From positions 496,001-560,000 of the forward strand of contig OZ037837.1 in assembly GCA_964035575.1 (NCBI GenBank): a stretch of 64,000 nt of DNA. Reading direction: 5' to 3'. Every line of letters starts with the position of its first letter. The first letter of the stretch is position 1. The notes beneath the pieces were generated by a model, which worked only from the letters and a program-made list of their open reading frames with translations, made no database searches and was not told where the DNA came from. Shown here piece by piece: positions 37,357-48,690 of the stretch. Source of the stretch: Rhynchopus sp. YZ270_cl-10 (lineage: Eukaryota). A program made the translations under genes and the position numbers.

Positions 37357-38221
37357 CAGCGGTGAAAATTTTGGGCAGTAAGCCCGGGAAAACCCGGGCT
37401 TAATTAATTTTGTGCAGAGCAAGCCCGGGTTCGAAGGCCGGGTTTACCCGGGCTTAAGCCTGGGTTTTCCCCGGGTTTTAACTTTTCTGGGGTGGGCTGC
37501 CCCACCCCACTCCGGGGGGTGTAGCCTCAGGGTGCAGCCCGGGGTAGTCAGTCGCCGAAACGAAGCTCTGTTTACAGAAAACAACAAAGTCAGTAAAGAA
37601 AACACACACGTCTATACTCAAGGGTTACCCACACCCAGAGCGCGACTTAATTGGTCAAACGCCGAAGGAAAAGAAAGCATGCATCATGGCGAAATAATAA
37701 AAGTAGCGTACCGTGCGCCTGCGGCGCAAGATTGCAACCCACCCTTCCCATCACATAATTTGGCTGTAAAAATGTGCAATTTTAAGCTCAATTTTTTGAA
37801 ATGGTGCGTACCGTGGCTTCGCTTTGGGTGCCATGACCGCCCTTTCTTTGTTATAAATGTACTGTGGCTACTGACAATTCGCGCCTGGTGCACGAATTGC
37901 TATCAATGAAGTGCTGAATTAGATAACCGAGGAATTTTCATATTCCGCCGGAGGCAACTTGAGCTGGGTTGGGGACCCGGATCGACCGAGTTTCAGCGAA
38001 AACCCCCAAAACCTATAATATCCCCTGCGGAGGGGGAAATTATTTTTTTGGGCTGACCGAGCCAGCCCCTCGTGGGCGGAATTCTCTTTTGAACCCTGGG
38101 TTTGCAGAAAATTTTTTTACACCAGTATTTTAATTATTTTCACAAAAAAACCAAGCCCGGGTACAAACCCGGGCTTCGAATTAATTTTGCTAGCTGGGGA
38201 AGCCCGGGATTTTCAACCCTG
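37357..38221. mobile_element. hAT-like MITE
   Basis: TIR CAGCGGTGAAAAT / ATTTTCAACCCTG. Exact 8-bp TSD GCCACGCC (37349-37356, 38222-38229). Multiple AAGCCCGGG subterminal motifs at both ends. Confidence 0.88.
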
Positions 38222-38514
38222 GCCACGCCTCACATAGATTTTCATTGTACGATATATCCACCTAAATTAGCAGGCTGTTGGGAGGTGTTGGGGGGTGTTG
38301 GGGGGCGTGGGGAGGCGTTGGGAGGTGTTGGGTGCGTTGGGGGGTGTTGGGAGGTGAGACACCTTTTTCCCCCCTGGCGTGAGCTTTTTTCTCGTTGGTG
38401 AAGCTTTTAAACACCTGCATTTGCATTTCCGGAATCCGTCCTCGCTGTGGTGGGGTCAATTTGCCGAAATGGACAAGTTCTGAGTACATACGTGATCAAT
38501 TTTCTCACACTGCA

Positions 38515-38694
38515 CAGTATACACAGTATACACAGCATACACAGTATACACAGTATACACAGTATACACAGTATACACAGTATACACAGTATACACAGTA
38601 TACACAGTATACACAGTATACACAGTATACACAGTATACACAGTATACACAGTATACACAGTATACACAGTATACACAGTATACACAGTATACA
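38515..38694 (+). repeat. Tandem repeat (CAGTATACA)x20
   Basis: 9-bp array with one variant unit (CAGCATACA). Confidence 0.97.
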
Positions 38695-38710
38695 CAGGGG
38701 ATTGGGAGTA

Positions 38711-39601
38711 CAGTACCTACAGTACCTACAGTACCTACAGTACCTACAGTACCTACAGTACCTACAGTACCTACAGTACCTACAGTACCTACAGTACCTA
38801 CAGTACCTACAGTACCTACAGTACCTACAGTACCTACAGTACCTACAGTACCTACAGTACCTACAGTACCTACAGTACCTACAGTACCTACAGTACCTAC
38901 AGTACCTACAGTACCTACAGTACCTACAGTACCTACAGTACCTACAGTACCTACAGTACCTACAGTACCTACAGTACCTACAGTACCTACAGTACCTACA
39001 GTACCTACAGTACCTACAGTACCTACAGTACCTACAGTACCTACAGTACCTACAGTACCTACAGTACCTACAGTACCTACAGTACCTACAGTACCTACAG
39101 TACCTACAGTACCTACAGTACCTACAGTACCTACAGTACCTACAGTACCTACAGTACCTACAGTACCTACAGTACCTACAGTACCTACAGTACCTACAGT
39201 ACCTACAGTACCTACAGTACCTACAGTACCTACAGTACCTACAGTACCTACAGTACCTACAGTACCTACAGTACCTACAGTACCTACAGTACCTACAGTA
39301 CCTACAGTACCTACAGTACCTACAGTACCTACAGTACCTACAGTACCTACAGTACCTACAGTACCTACAGTACCTACAGTACCTACAGTACCTACAGTAC
39401 CTACAGTACCTACAGTACCTACAGTACCTACAGTACCTACAGTACCTACAGTACCTACAGTACCTACAGTACCTACAGTACCTACAGTACCTACAGTACC
39501 TACAGTACCTACAGTACCTACAGTACCTACAGTACCTACAGTACCTACAGTACCTACAGTACCTACAGTACCTACAGTACCTACAGTACCTACAGTACCT
39601 A
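38711..39601 (+). repeat. Tandem repeat (CAGTACCTA)x99
   Basis: Pure 9-bp array of 891 bp. Confidence 0.97.
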
Positions 39602-40924
39602 CAGTACAAAATAGAGGGACTTCACCTTCCAACACCGGCAAACATGATCAAAATCAGGTGGAATATACAACATGTAGCGCCGCAGGCGCACAGCGTCCAC
39701 TTTTTCTCCCTTTTGAGGGTGTCTAAATTTATACATTTTTAGCCTTTTTCGCTAATTTCCACTTTGCCTTTTCCACTTTTTGTTTTTTTTACTTGGAACC
39801 GGGACCCCACCCTGGAACCCCTCCAGAAAGTGGTAGCAGAACACCCCCTATATAAAAAAAATCCCAAAATTCGGGCTAAATTAGCAGGGTGTTGGGGGGT
39901 GTGGGGAGGTGTTGGGGGGTGTTGGCGGGCGTTGGGTGGGGCTGCTATTTTTTGCAATTCAGGTGGTATATGGCGCTAAATATGCGGAAAAAGAGAGAGA
40001 GAGAGAGAGAAAGAGAAACAAGAAACAACTTTAGAAACAAAAATATAATTGAGATAAAAAAAAGCACACACAACAATAAAACTTTACTTTGAAATGCAAA
40101 ATCCCACTCGTGAACAGCGCACCTTTTTGGCACATGACCAAGTGCACGATATGCACTGCTACAGTGGCCCACCATCCATTTTCGAGGTCGGCATTTGATA
40201 TACCCTACTCCGGTTCTACACAATGGTCCAAGAATGAAAGGATCATTGAAGACGCAGGTTTATAATACCGTTGTACAAATTATCGACTGTAAAAATGTTC
40301 GACCTTTTCAGGATTTTGTGGAAGTTCCACCTTTTTTACGATCGAACATTTTTACGATTACGGTAGGTTTGATATTAGCCCTACAGAGAAGAATGATGCT
40401 TTTTGAAAATACAAAAGTTCTTCCACAGTGTGCTACCCCTACCCACCCCTCCCTACCCTCCACAAAAAGAAAGACAAAGTATGAGACGAAAAAACGTGAA
40501 TAAATTGAATCTAGGCGGCAGCCCTACCCTCCCTGGCCTGGCTGGATTTTGAAGAAGGATGTGTCTTCCCTTTGGGGCCAACTGCGTCGTGCGATGTGGC
40601 CTTGAGAAGCTTAATAACAGACAGCACACATCTCCCCCCTTGGATGTGCCAGCTCTCCCAGCAATAGCTTTTGCCTGACTCCAAGTAAAATGACTTGATG
40701 TGTGGTATTCCTTGTGGTTTTTCACTGTTGTAAGCCAACGGTGAAACCACAAAAACACACCATAGGCTGTTCTGACACCCATTGCATAGATATAATATGA
40801 GACAGAAATGTGAAGAGGATAAACCTAAGCCTGTGCTTAAGCAAACAGAAACGAGCGGTGAAATGTAATTTGGGGAATCGAGCGGAACACAAAGGAGGTT
40901 ATAAGGAGGATTTTTGCCCTGTAT

Positions 40925-41580
40925 TTTATTTTTCCTTTCCTTCAAAACTACACAACGCTTTTTTGGTTTTTGGAAGACACACAAGGTGTCGGGTTCTATG
41001 AATATGCACGGAACCACCCTGCACCTGTTTGTCATATTGTTTCCCGTGCAGTGCATGGGGAAAACGTTTCGCTGTCGAAAAATTATTTTTGACAAAAATT
41101 AGCGGAACACAAAAACCGGTGTGTGTGGAAAAGGAAAAATGAATATTTCTGATTGAAAGTGTTTACGTTTTGGGTACGGGGGTGGATTTTATTTCCCACC
41201 CCAACAACAACGATAAAGCGTGAAGACAATAGATAAAAGCAAATAAGTAATTTTTAGGTTTTGTGAGGCACTCAACGAAGTGTACCGGCTCTGTGGCGTC
41301 ACGGAGCTACCAACACTCCCCAGTCATTTTTCCTGCGCATCCAGGAAAACTCGCAGTATGCGACCAGGGACGAAAAAATTTTTCTACACAGTAACAAAGT
41401 GTGAGGAAGAAGAAAAGAAAGCGAATAAAAACGAAAAAACAGTGTTTTTCTGAATGTGATGTTGTTGTTGGGGTGAGGAGAATAAAACAGTTCCAAGAAA
41501 AGCTCCTGCGTCGGTTTTATTTTGGTTAATAAAATCTGTTCGATACAAACAAGCGAGCTTATTGTTTTATATTGTTTCAA
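40925..41580 (+). repeat. Interspersed repeat family A, copy 3 (split by ~340 bp of other sequence)
   Basis: 40925-41185 matches 580-850, and 41527-41580 matches 855-908. Confidence 0.8.
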
Positions 41581-41981
41581 AAAACATCTTGCCTTTGCAT
41601 GAGTCCATAACAATTAGCACGCTATGCTATTAGGTAACACCTAGGTGGGTGGGTGATTTTGACTAATAAGCATGTAGGCACAGTATTGTGAGACACACAA
41701 AAAATACAAAAAAAAAAAAAAATTGTAATTTACCGTTGTATTGATAAATTGGTGTACGTTCTTTTGCGCTCAAGGATCAAGGTTGTTGTTGTTGTTGTTT
41801 TTAAATTGAAAACTGGGTTGTATTAGTGTAGACACCCGAGGGATGAACTCCACTTTTATTGTTTAGAATACGTCTTAGTAACGCAGTAACCCTTCCTTTT
41901 CTTCTGTTTCAATGACTACCTTTGAACAGAGAATACATTATGGATTCAGGGGGTAGGGACAATGCCAACCACAGGGACATA

Positions 41982-43406
41982 CAATGTGTCCCAGAATTAA
42001 TGTCACCTAGCAACATTTAAAAAAAATAGGCAAAATTTGTCAAGGGCATTTTCAAAATCAAAAACTCTTTTTACACTCTTTTTAATTCAGGAATACAAGA
42101 AAAGTGAAAATATAATGGTTAAGGGCCATGTGGTGAACACGGAGGCCACCAAGGAAGGGATGCGGCTACAGGGTGCATCTCTGATCGTTGATGGCGGGAA
42201 AGGCTATGATGAGGTGGGGAAGCTGCTTGGGGTTTCACAACGCACCTTGATGAGGTGGGTGAAGCAGTACCGAGCTGGCGAGCGCAACTTTTCGGACAAG
42301 CCAGGGAGGGGACGAAAGAGATCAGCCACCACCCTCAAGATGCAAAATAAGGTGGTTAAGCAGTGCCGGGGCAAGCGCTTCCGGTCCTGCAGGAAGGTTG
42401 CTGCTAGGTTGCACATGACAAGACAGAGCGTGCACAGGTGCCTGCAAGAGAAGGGACTGCGGCCTCTTCAGACCCCGAGCAAGCCCAAGCTCTCGGAGAA
42501 GAACATCGCCGCCAGAATTGCCTTTGCAGAAGCACACAGGAACACTGACTGGGGGAAGGTCATGTTCACTGATGAGAAAGACTTTTGGCTTTTTCCTAAG
42601 GTGAGTAGGAAAAATGATGTTGTCTGGGTTGCAAATGGTGACGAGCCGCCTCCGCCCGTTGATAAGGTCAGGTCTACCCAGAAAGCTTCACGCATGGGGT
42701 GGGATCACGACCAGCGGTAAGACTAAGCTCTACTTCTTCGAGGGGTCGCTCAATACGGAGAAGTACCGGACACTGTTGCAGAAAGCCCTCAAAGAGATAA
42801 AAGAACTCCTTCCTAAGGAGCTACACCTTTCAGCAGGATGGGGCTCCCTGTCATACTGCCAACACTACTCAAGCCTCCCTCTCCACACAGCCTTTTTCGT
42901 TCCTACCCAAAGAAGACTGGCCAGGAAACTCCCCTGATCTCAATCCTATTGAAAACCTGTGGGCCAAGCTGCAGACTGCAGTCAACGAAAGGGATCCCAA
43001 AGACGTGGCGACACTTAAACGTATCGTCAACAAAGAATGGTCAAAGATGGACACGAGCTTCGTTGCAGGGTACATCGAGTCAATGCCACGACGCCTAGAG
43101 GCAGTTCGCCAGTCCGAGGGGATGCACACAAAATATTAATACATGTTCTACTTGATTTTGTGCACGCCTATGTGTTTTTTACTTCATTACGTGCCTGCGT
43201 CCTAGAGTCATTTACACTGTCCACTATCCACTTCACTTTTTTTTGTTGTAGACCCTTTTTTGCCAAAAAGGGTACTTGCAATGTAAATATTTCACCCCCT
43301 ACACACTTTTTCTTCACGACAAGGTCAAAATGTCACGAAATTTGTCCACTTTTGCACTTTTTTTTTCAAAAATGTCGCCAGGTGACATTAATTCTGGGAC
43401 ACATTG
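41982..43406 (+). mobile_element. Full-length Tc1/mariner-superfamily transposon (DD37E)
   Basis: Perfect 27-bp TIR CAATGTGTCCCAGAATTAATGTCACCT, TA on both flanks, and an internal transposase. Confidence 0.96.
42115..43139 (+). pseudogene. Tc1-like transposase with two apparent +1 frameshifts (~42680, ~42815)
   Basis: HTH (LLGVSQRTLMRWVKQYR), GRKR, WGKVMFTDEK, LHAWGGIT, FQQDGAPCHTA and WPGNSPDLNPIENLW are spread over three successive frames. 37 residues lie between the second D and the E. Confidence 0.92.
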
Positions 43407-44378
43407 TAGGTACATAGGTGTGATACAAACCCTTACTAAAAACTACTACAAATAGAAAAACAGCTTTTTCGTTTGAAAAAGTTGAATGCTCAGCACTGAA
43501 GCAAAAACAAAAAAAACAAAACAAAAAACAAAAAAAACAGAGAGAAATCTTAACGTGCACACTCTGTTGACTCTAAAAAGGAGATAAAAATGAGATAAAA
43601 ATCGCGAAACCGAGGGAAAGGTGGGGGTTTGTTTTGATAAATTAGAAATTAGAAGTTCTGGTATTTTTTTCTGAAACGGGAAAGGTGGCGGGGATAGAAA
43701 GACAAAGTTGAAAGTGCAAATGCCTCACCGTTCGGCGGACGCAGGCACTGTTGAAATATTGAACGCTTCACACAGATAACACATTATATTTTATATTTTT
43801 TGAAAAACAATGTTCTAAAAACTCCTCTCGAAAGTGTTCAAAGATTGAACTGAGAGAAAAAAACCCCAAACCCTCCCAGACCAAACGGTCTAAATAAAAA
43901 CCAATGAAGCAGGCTGGTACAGTGCATAGGCACAATCATGGTGTCTTTTTGCTTACATCCTATGTTGTGGTTTTACACATCTTAGATGTCTCTTACTAAG
44001 AGGGTGTACAAAGGCACACTCTGCTTGCAGAATGGAAGTGTGCGTACTTCACAGGAACAGAGCTTCGTTGCCCACACTCAGTTCGGCGTACTCAGTTTTG
44101 GAAGACATTGGTTAAGAACGGCACATCTCTGGTGTACACAGTTATATATGACCCCCCCACATTCCCTCATAGGGTAGTCCTTACACGAGTGTTTATCACT
44201 CTATGGGTGGCTACCTGCCAAAAAAGAGGGTTTTTTGGTGGGTTACGAGAGACCCGCCCCTAGTTTTGAAAAAGACACAAAGAAAGAAAAAAAACAGAAA
44301 AAGGGAGGCAAAGAACTGAAGATAATAATATGAGAATAACGCCTTCCCACCAATAGGTGGGTCAGACACTTTGGACAG

Positions 44379-44410
<32 letters not shown>

Positions 44411-44552
44411 ACATACATCGACGACGCCCAAAAACGAGGGTTCCGTACTTAATATCATATGAGGAAGGGGGGGGAGGCATCACACAGCACATCCACATCC
44501 CTCAAGGGGAGTGCGGTTTCAAAAATGTTTAGGGAAAAACTCTTTTTTTTTT

Positions 44553-45641
44553 TCAAAGAATCAGATCAAGATCCACAACCTCCACCTCAGTGTCGCGACC
44601 TACGAAAAGCCAGCGGCCGGAGGGGGTTAATGCTAGCCCAAACCCCTCCGACCATTCTGCACTAGGGAGGGTGTGCAGCAACACCCCACCGGAAAGCGAC
44701 CATAGGTACACCTTGCACTGTCCCGCTGCAACGGCAATATCACGTTCAGTGGAAAGAACGAGGTCGGACAGTTCGGTTCCCTCTGCCCCGTGGATCTCGG
44801 TCGGGGTTGTCCAGACAGCGTCACGCCAGCACCGCACCACGCCACGCAACGAGCACGCACCCACCACCTCCCCACCTTCCGCAGCCGCGACTCCCGAGGC
44901 ATCCACCGTCGCCACCGTCGCCACCACCTTGCCCTCTGTGTAATCCACCACCACCACAGTATCTTTACTCACATAAGCCAAATAACGTTCTGTCACTGCC
45001 ACACTCTCGATATCCGTGCCAAGCGCATCAAACGAACGTACCAACTTATTGTCCTCCCATACCTGCACAGTGTTGCCTGGAGAGCTGGCAACAACGATGA
45101 GAGCGCCGTTTGGTGTGTATGCGCATGCAGGGCTTGATGGGGTGGAGAGGGTGGAGAGCAAGGATCCTTCTGGGGTGTACACATCAACCTGTTTGGCGGA
45201 GGCGTGGCCAACAGCGAGGGAGCCTGAAGGGGAGAAGGCGGGGGTGAAGGTGCCTGTATTGGTGATGGTGCAGACTGTGGTGTGGTTGGTGGTGTTGAAG
45301 ATCTGTATAGTGTGGTGGTGCATCGCAAAGAGGTACGTCCCGCACACACTCACACCAAGGATGTAAGCAGACCTCCCGCACCGTATGCGCCCACCCAGCA
45401 CCGCAGCTTCAGACCGCACAACACTCACAACACCGCCCGCGCAGAGTTCCGTCTCGCTGACACGCACCGTTTCCTCCAAAGGCGTGCTGCACCCCGCCAC
45501 GCACAGACCCATAGCACCCTGGCTAGGATTGCTCATCTCAAGCGCGTCTATCACACGGTTCTTCAAGCTCAGCACGCTGTCGCCAGATTCAACCGTAACA
45601 ACACAGGAAACACCTGAGTCGCTGAGGCCGGTTACCTCCAT
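44553..45641 (-). CDS. Ubiquitin-like domain + WD40/beta-propeller protein
   Basis: N-terminal UBL-like segment (VVTVESGDSVLSLKNRV...PLEETVRVSETELCAGGVVSVV) followed by propeller repeats (AFSPSGSLAVG, AYTPNGALIVV, VYLWSL, LTPSGRWLFVG). ATG at 45641. Confidence 0.85.
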   Translation of the reverse strand: MEVTGLSDSGVSCVVTVESGDSVLSLKNRVIDALEMSNPSQGAMGLCVAGCSTPLEETVRVSETELCAGGVVSVVRSEAAVLGGRIRCGRSAYILGVSVCGTYLFAMHHHTIQIFNTTNHTTVCTITNTGTFTPAFSPSGSLAVGHASAKQVDVYTPEGSLLSTLSTPSSPACAYTPNGALIVVASSPGNTVQVWEDNKLVRSFDALGTDIESVAVTERYLAYVSKDTVVVVDYTEGKVVATVATVDASGVAAAEGGEVVGACSLRGVVRCWRDAVWTTPTEIHGAEGTELSDLVLSTERDIAVAAGQCKVYLWSLSGGVLLHTLPSAEWSEGFGLALTPSGRWLFVGRDTEVEVVDLDLIL

Positions 45642-46343
45642 TTTAGGATATGTCGTAGTGTTAGAATGTGCCACCTGCAGGGAGTGTGGGGTGGGGAGGA
45701 TAGGGGCGTAGGGGGTGAAGGGGTGGTCAAAAGGGTGAGACAAACCCACTTTTTTCAGTTTTTCAAAAAATGCATGTCTTAGTGAATCTGGCCCGAAAAT
45801 GAGAGGAAAACCGTTTGTAGGTCGGTTTTGACCCATTTTTCAGGCCCATAAGCACCAAGAAAAAATTTACCCATAATTGATACGCACGCACCTTACTTAG
45901 GATTAATTATTTTTCCGATCTCAAATATCAGTATTTCCACACACCCAGCCAACCCTCTCAAATCCTCCCAATTGTATCTTATCCAACTCATCCCAACAAA
46001 CCCCACCAGCTCACTCTGTCACTCCCTCCCAAAAAGACAAACCCCCTTTTTGTGCTTCACTCCTTCTTTTCTTCCCTTCCCACCCTTTTTGCTAGTGTCG
46101 TCGTTCTCAACAGCAGCAACAGCAATGGTGTTGTCAGTTGGCGGTGCACATAAGTCGCACCTGTTTCGCTTGACAGGGTTGCACCACGTTCTCCTTGCAG
46201 ACCTGCTGCACCACAGCCTCTGCCACATGGGCACCTCAGGCATGCTTCAGGCATAGTGCAGAGCAGCCGTGGTGCAGGCCACACAGTGCGAGGGGTGAAG
46301 ATGCACAACAACAACTGCTGCAAAGTGAACGCTTTCTTGCTTC

Positions 46344-48098
46344 TCACTTCCGTAAGTGTGGTGGTAGCACGTTGAGTACAGCATTGCTGCACTTCTCCTT
46401 TCCATGCAAGGTCTTCAACGCTGGGCAGTTGTCGAATAGAGAGCGGTGTCTCCAAGAGCACTCAATCGAGGTGACACCTTGCAATGCACTCACATCAACA
46501 GTCTTCAATGATGTGCACCCGACGAGGAACATCATCCCAATCGACGTGACATTTTGTAATCCACTCAGATCAACAGTCGACAATGATGTGCACTCGCAGA
46601 GGAACCCGTTCCCAATCGAGGTGACAGCTTGTAATCCACTCAGATCAACTGACGACAACGATGTGCACCCTCGGAGGAAGTCGTCCCCAATCGAGGTGAC
46701 ACCTTGTAATCCACTCAGATTGAGTGTGGTCAAACTTGAGCAGTCACGGAGGAAGATGTTTCCAATCGCAACCAAAGCAGATGCGTAACTGATATCAATG
46801 CACGTCACTGCAGTACTCGAGAAGAAGGAGTCTGAAATCGCAGTCGCAGCTCCTGCCTGGAGGAGCAAGCAAGCCACCTTCGAATCAGTCACTTGCTTCA
46901 ACCTTTTTGATGTAAGTGTTGTCTCACCTAACTCACGAAGTGCTGCAATGGCATCCTGCTTCCTCCTCTCTGTGTTGACCTGCGTTACAACAACCCTGTG
47001 ACCCCTCAGCTGCACCACGTCCCCTCCTTCTGCAATCATTTCATCTCTGAAAGTGATGTCGAAGCAGCCTTCACGCAACCCCACTGCAGACGCCACCTTC
47101 CGAAGCAAGTCCCTGCCCGTGTCATCCACACTCACCTCAATCTCGTGTTCGACTCCATCCAACCCCTGCACAAGGACAGGCACAACAACCGCAGACCTCA
47201 AGGTGAGGGCATCGCGCACGTTCGAAACAGGCAGATTCAGGGAAAACGTTGTGTCTGGGTTTGCAGCACCCACAAAGCGGTGGCGGTCTCCACTCGCTGC
47301 CATGCTGTTGATGCTCCGCACAACTGCCTGCGACTCTGTGACCGCACGCAGCACCTGGTCGTCCCCAAGCTGGCACACCGCCTCGCACTCAGCAATCATG
47401 TGTCCTACCTTCGCAACAAACGTCTTCAGTGCACACATCTCCCTTTCACGACTGAGTGCCTGTGTGAGGAAGCTCCGTGCCAACTCCTCCTCACACACGA
47501 CTTCACTGCGCGACACATCCTCACGCATCACGAGGTGCCCGACGTGTGTCTGCAGGATAAGGTCTTTGTACTTGCCTTCTGTGGGTGGGAGTTCCTCAAG
47601 CACACGGCACTTCTCCTCTGCGTCAGTCCTCTGTGTTGTCAGGTCTGCCACGTGTGAGTGGAGGATGTTGCACTGGCGTTTCATGTAGTCCGTGATATAC
47701 ACTGTCTTGTGTCCCGTATGTCCGACGTACGCACAATGCATGCAGATCAACGCGTCTCCACACGCAGGGTCTTCACAGATGAGGGACAGCTCTTGGTCTG
47801 GGTGATGTGCACACTTCGACGACGTCCCGTACGAAGTCACAGAAGCGCGATGTGTCTCACGGTCACGTTTCCTTGGGTGGCAAGCATCGTAGCACGCAGG
47901 TGTGTCGCAGAAGAACATCTCCTTGCAGATCCCGCACTGCAGCTGTGCAGGCTCGTCACAGTTCTCACAGCTCGGCATCTGTGGTGCGGTGGGCTTGTCA
48001 GACACCATGTTGTGTGTTTCGGAGAGGTGGGAGGGTGCAGGGCCGTCCACCCGGGCCTTCTTTGTGGTGGGGGACTCAGTCACGGAGGAACGCTTCAT
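46344..48098 (-). CDS. B-box(x2)/coiled-coil/ubiquitin-like/LRR protein, paralog 2
   Basis: Intact ORF with zinc fingers, UBL (VLVQGLDGVEHEIEVSVDDTGRDLLRKVASAVGL) and five LRRs. Start is either ATG 48098 (adds an NLS-like PTTKKAR) or 48008. Confidence 0.88.
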   Translation of the reverse strand: MKRSSVTESPTTKKARVDGPAPSHLSETHNMVSDKPTAPQMPSCENCDEPAQLQCGICKEMFFCDTPACYDACHPRKRDRETHRASVTSYGTSSKCAHHPDQELSLICEDPACGDALICMHCAYVGHTGHKTVYITDYMKRQCNILHSHVADLTTQRTDAEEKCRVLEELPPTEGKYKDLILQTHVGHLVMREDVSRSEVVCEEELARSFLTQALSREREMCALKTFVAKVGHMIAECEAVCQLGDDQVLRAVTESQAVVRSINSMAASGDRHRFVGAANPDTTFSLNLPVSNVRDALTLRSAVVVPVLVQGLDGVEHEIEVSVDDTGRDLLRKVASAVGLREGCFDITFRDEMIAEGGDVVQLRGHRVVVTQVNTERRKQDAIAALRELGETTLTSKRLKQVTDSKVACLLLQAGAATAISDSFFSSTAVTCIDISYASALVAIGNIFLRDCSSLTTLNLSGLQGVTSIGDDFLRGCTSLSSVDLSGLQAVTSIGNGFLCECTSLSTVDLSGLQNVTSIGMMFLVGCTSLKTVDVSALQGVTSIECSWRHRSLFDNCPALKTLHGKEKCSNAVLNVLPPHLRK

Positions 48099-48170
48099 TT
48101 TATGGAGGTGGGAGGGTGCAGGGGTGTCTGGAAGGGGTTGGGTGGTTGGGGTGGACAAGGGAAAAACCAC

Positions 48171-48505
48171 CGCGTCAATGGTTCTACTGGAGAGGCTGGA
48201 GACGGGCATGGTGTTGAGGTTGGATCCCGGCCGTGAGTGTGCTGCATGACCTCGTGCTGTCGAAGCTGTTCTTCACTGGCAAGTAGGTTGGAGGGTTCTG
48301 ACACTTCTGGCAGTGCAGCTCCCCTGTATGGGTGGGGCCTACTTTAACCTCACACGGCGTGTAGAGAAAGTGAGCAATTTCGGCTTGGTGTGAGTGTGTG
48401 CGTACCTCTTTGCGATGCACCACCACACCATGCAGATGTTCAACACCACCGACCACACCACAGTCTGCACCACTTCCAAGTTGGTGCATGCTCGTTCAGT
48501 GGCGA
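48171..48505 (+). pseudogene. Inverted relic of a UBL-WD40 gene
   Basis: Reverse complement of 51428-51768. Contains FAMHHHTMQMFNTTDHTTVCT, homologous to the gene at 44553-45641. Confidence 0.7.
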
Positions 48506-48690
48506 CGAGCCTCCTCTAACAGTCATTGGACACTCTGGGATGGGATTGGACCGCCACCGAAGTCTGTTTCACCAATGAGGCAAGAGGAGAGGCCAAACGG
48601 TGCTAACTGTGGACACCTCGCTGCCACGCAAGCAACGTCGATGAATGCGGAGGCCCGACATACACACTACGTCACGCCCAGATGGCTTCG

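Larger units (their letters stand above)
38252..39971. mobile_element. TIR element carrying a bipartite satellite
   Basis: Imperfect TIR ATATATCCACCTAAATTAGCA / TGCAATTCAGGTGGTATAT. Blocks of CTAAATTAGCAGG plus 10-bp GTGTTGGGGG repeats near both ends (38262-38353, 39876-39940). No TSD found. Confidence 0.65.

Noticed and set aside
38395..39742. PTV/YLQ/YCR/GTV repeat ORFs
   Set aside because: Same satellite artefact.
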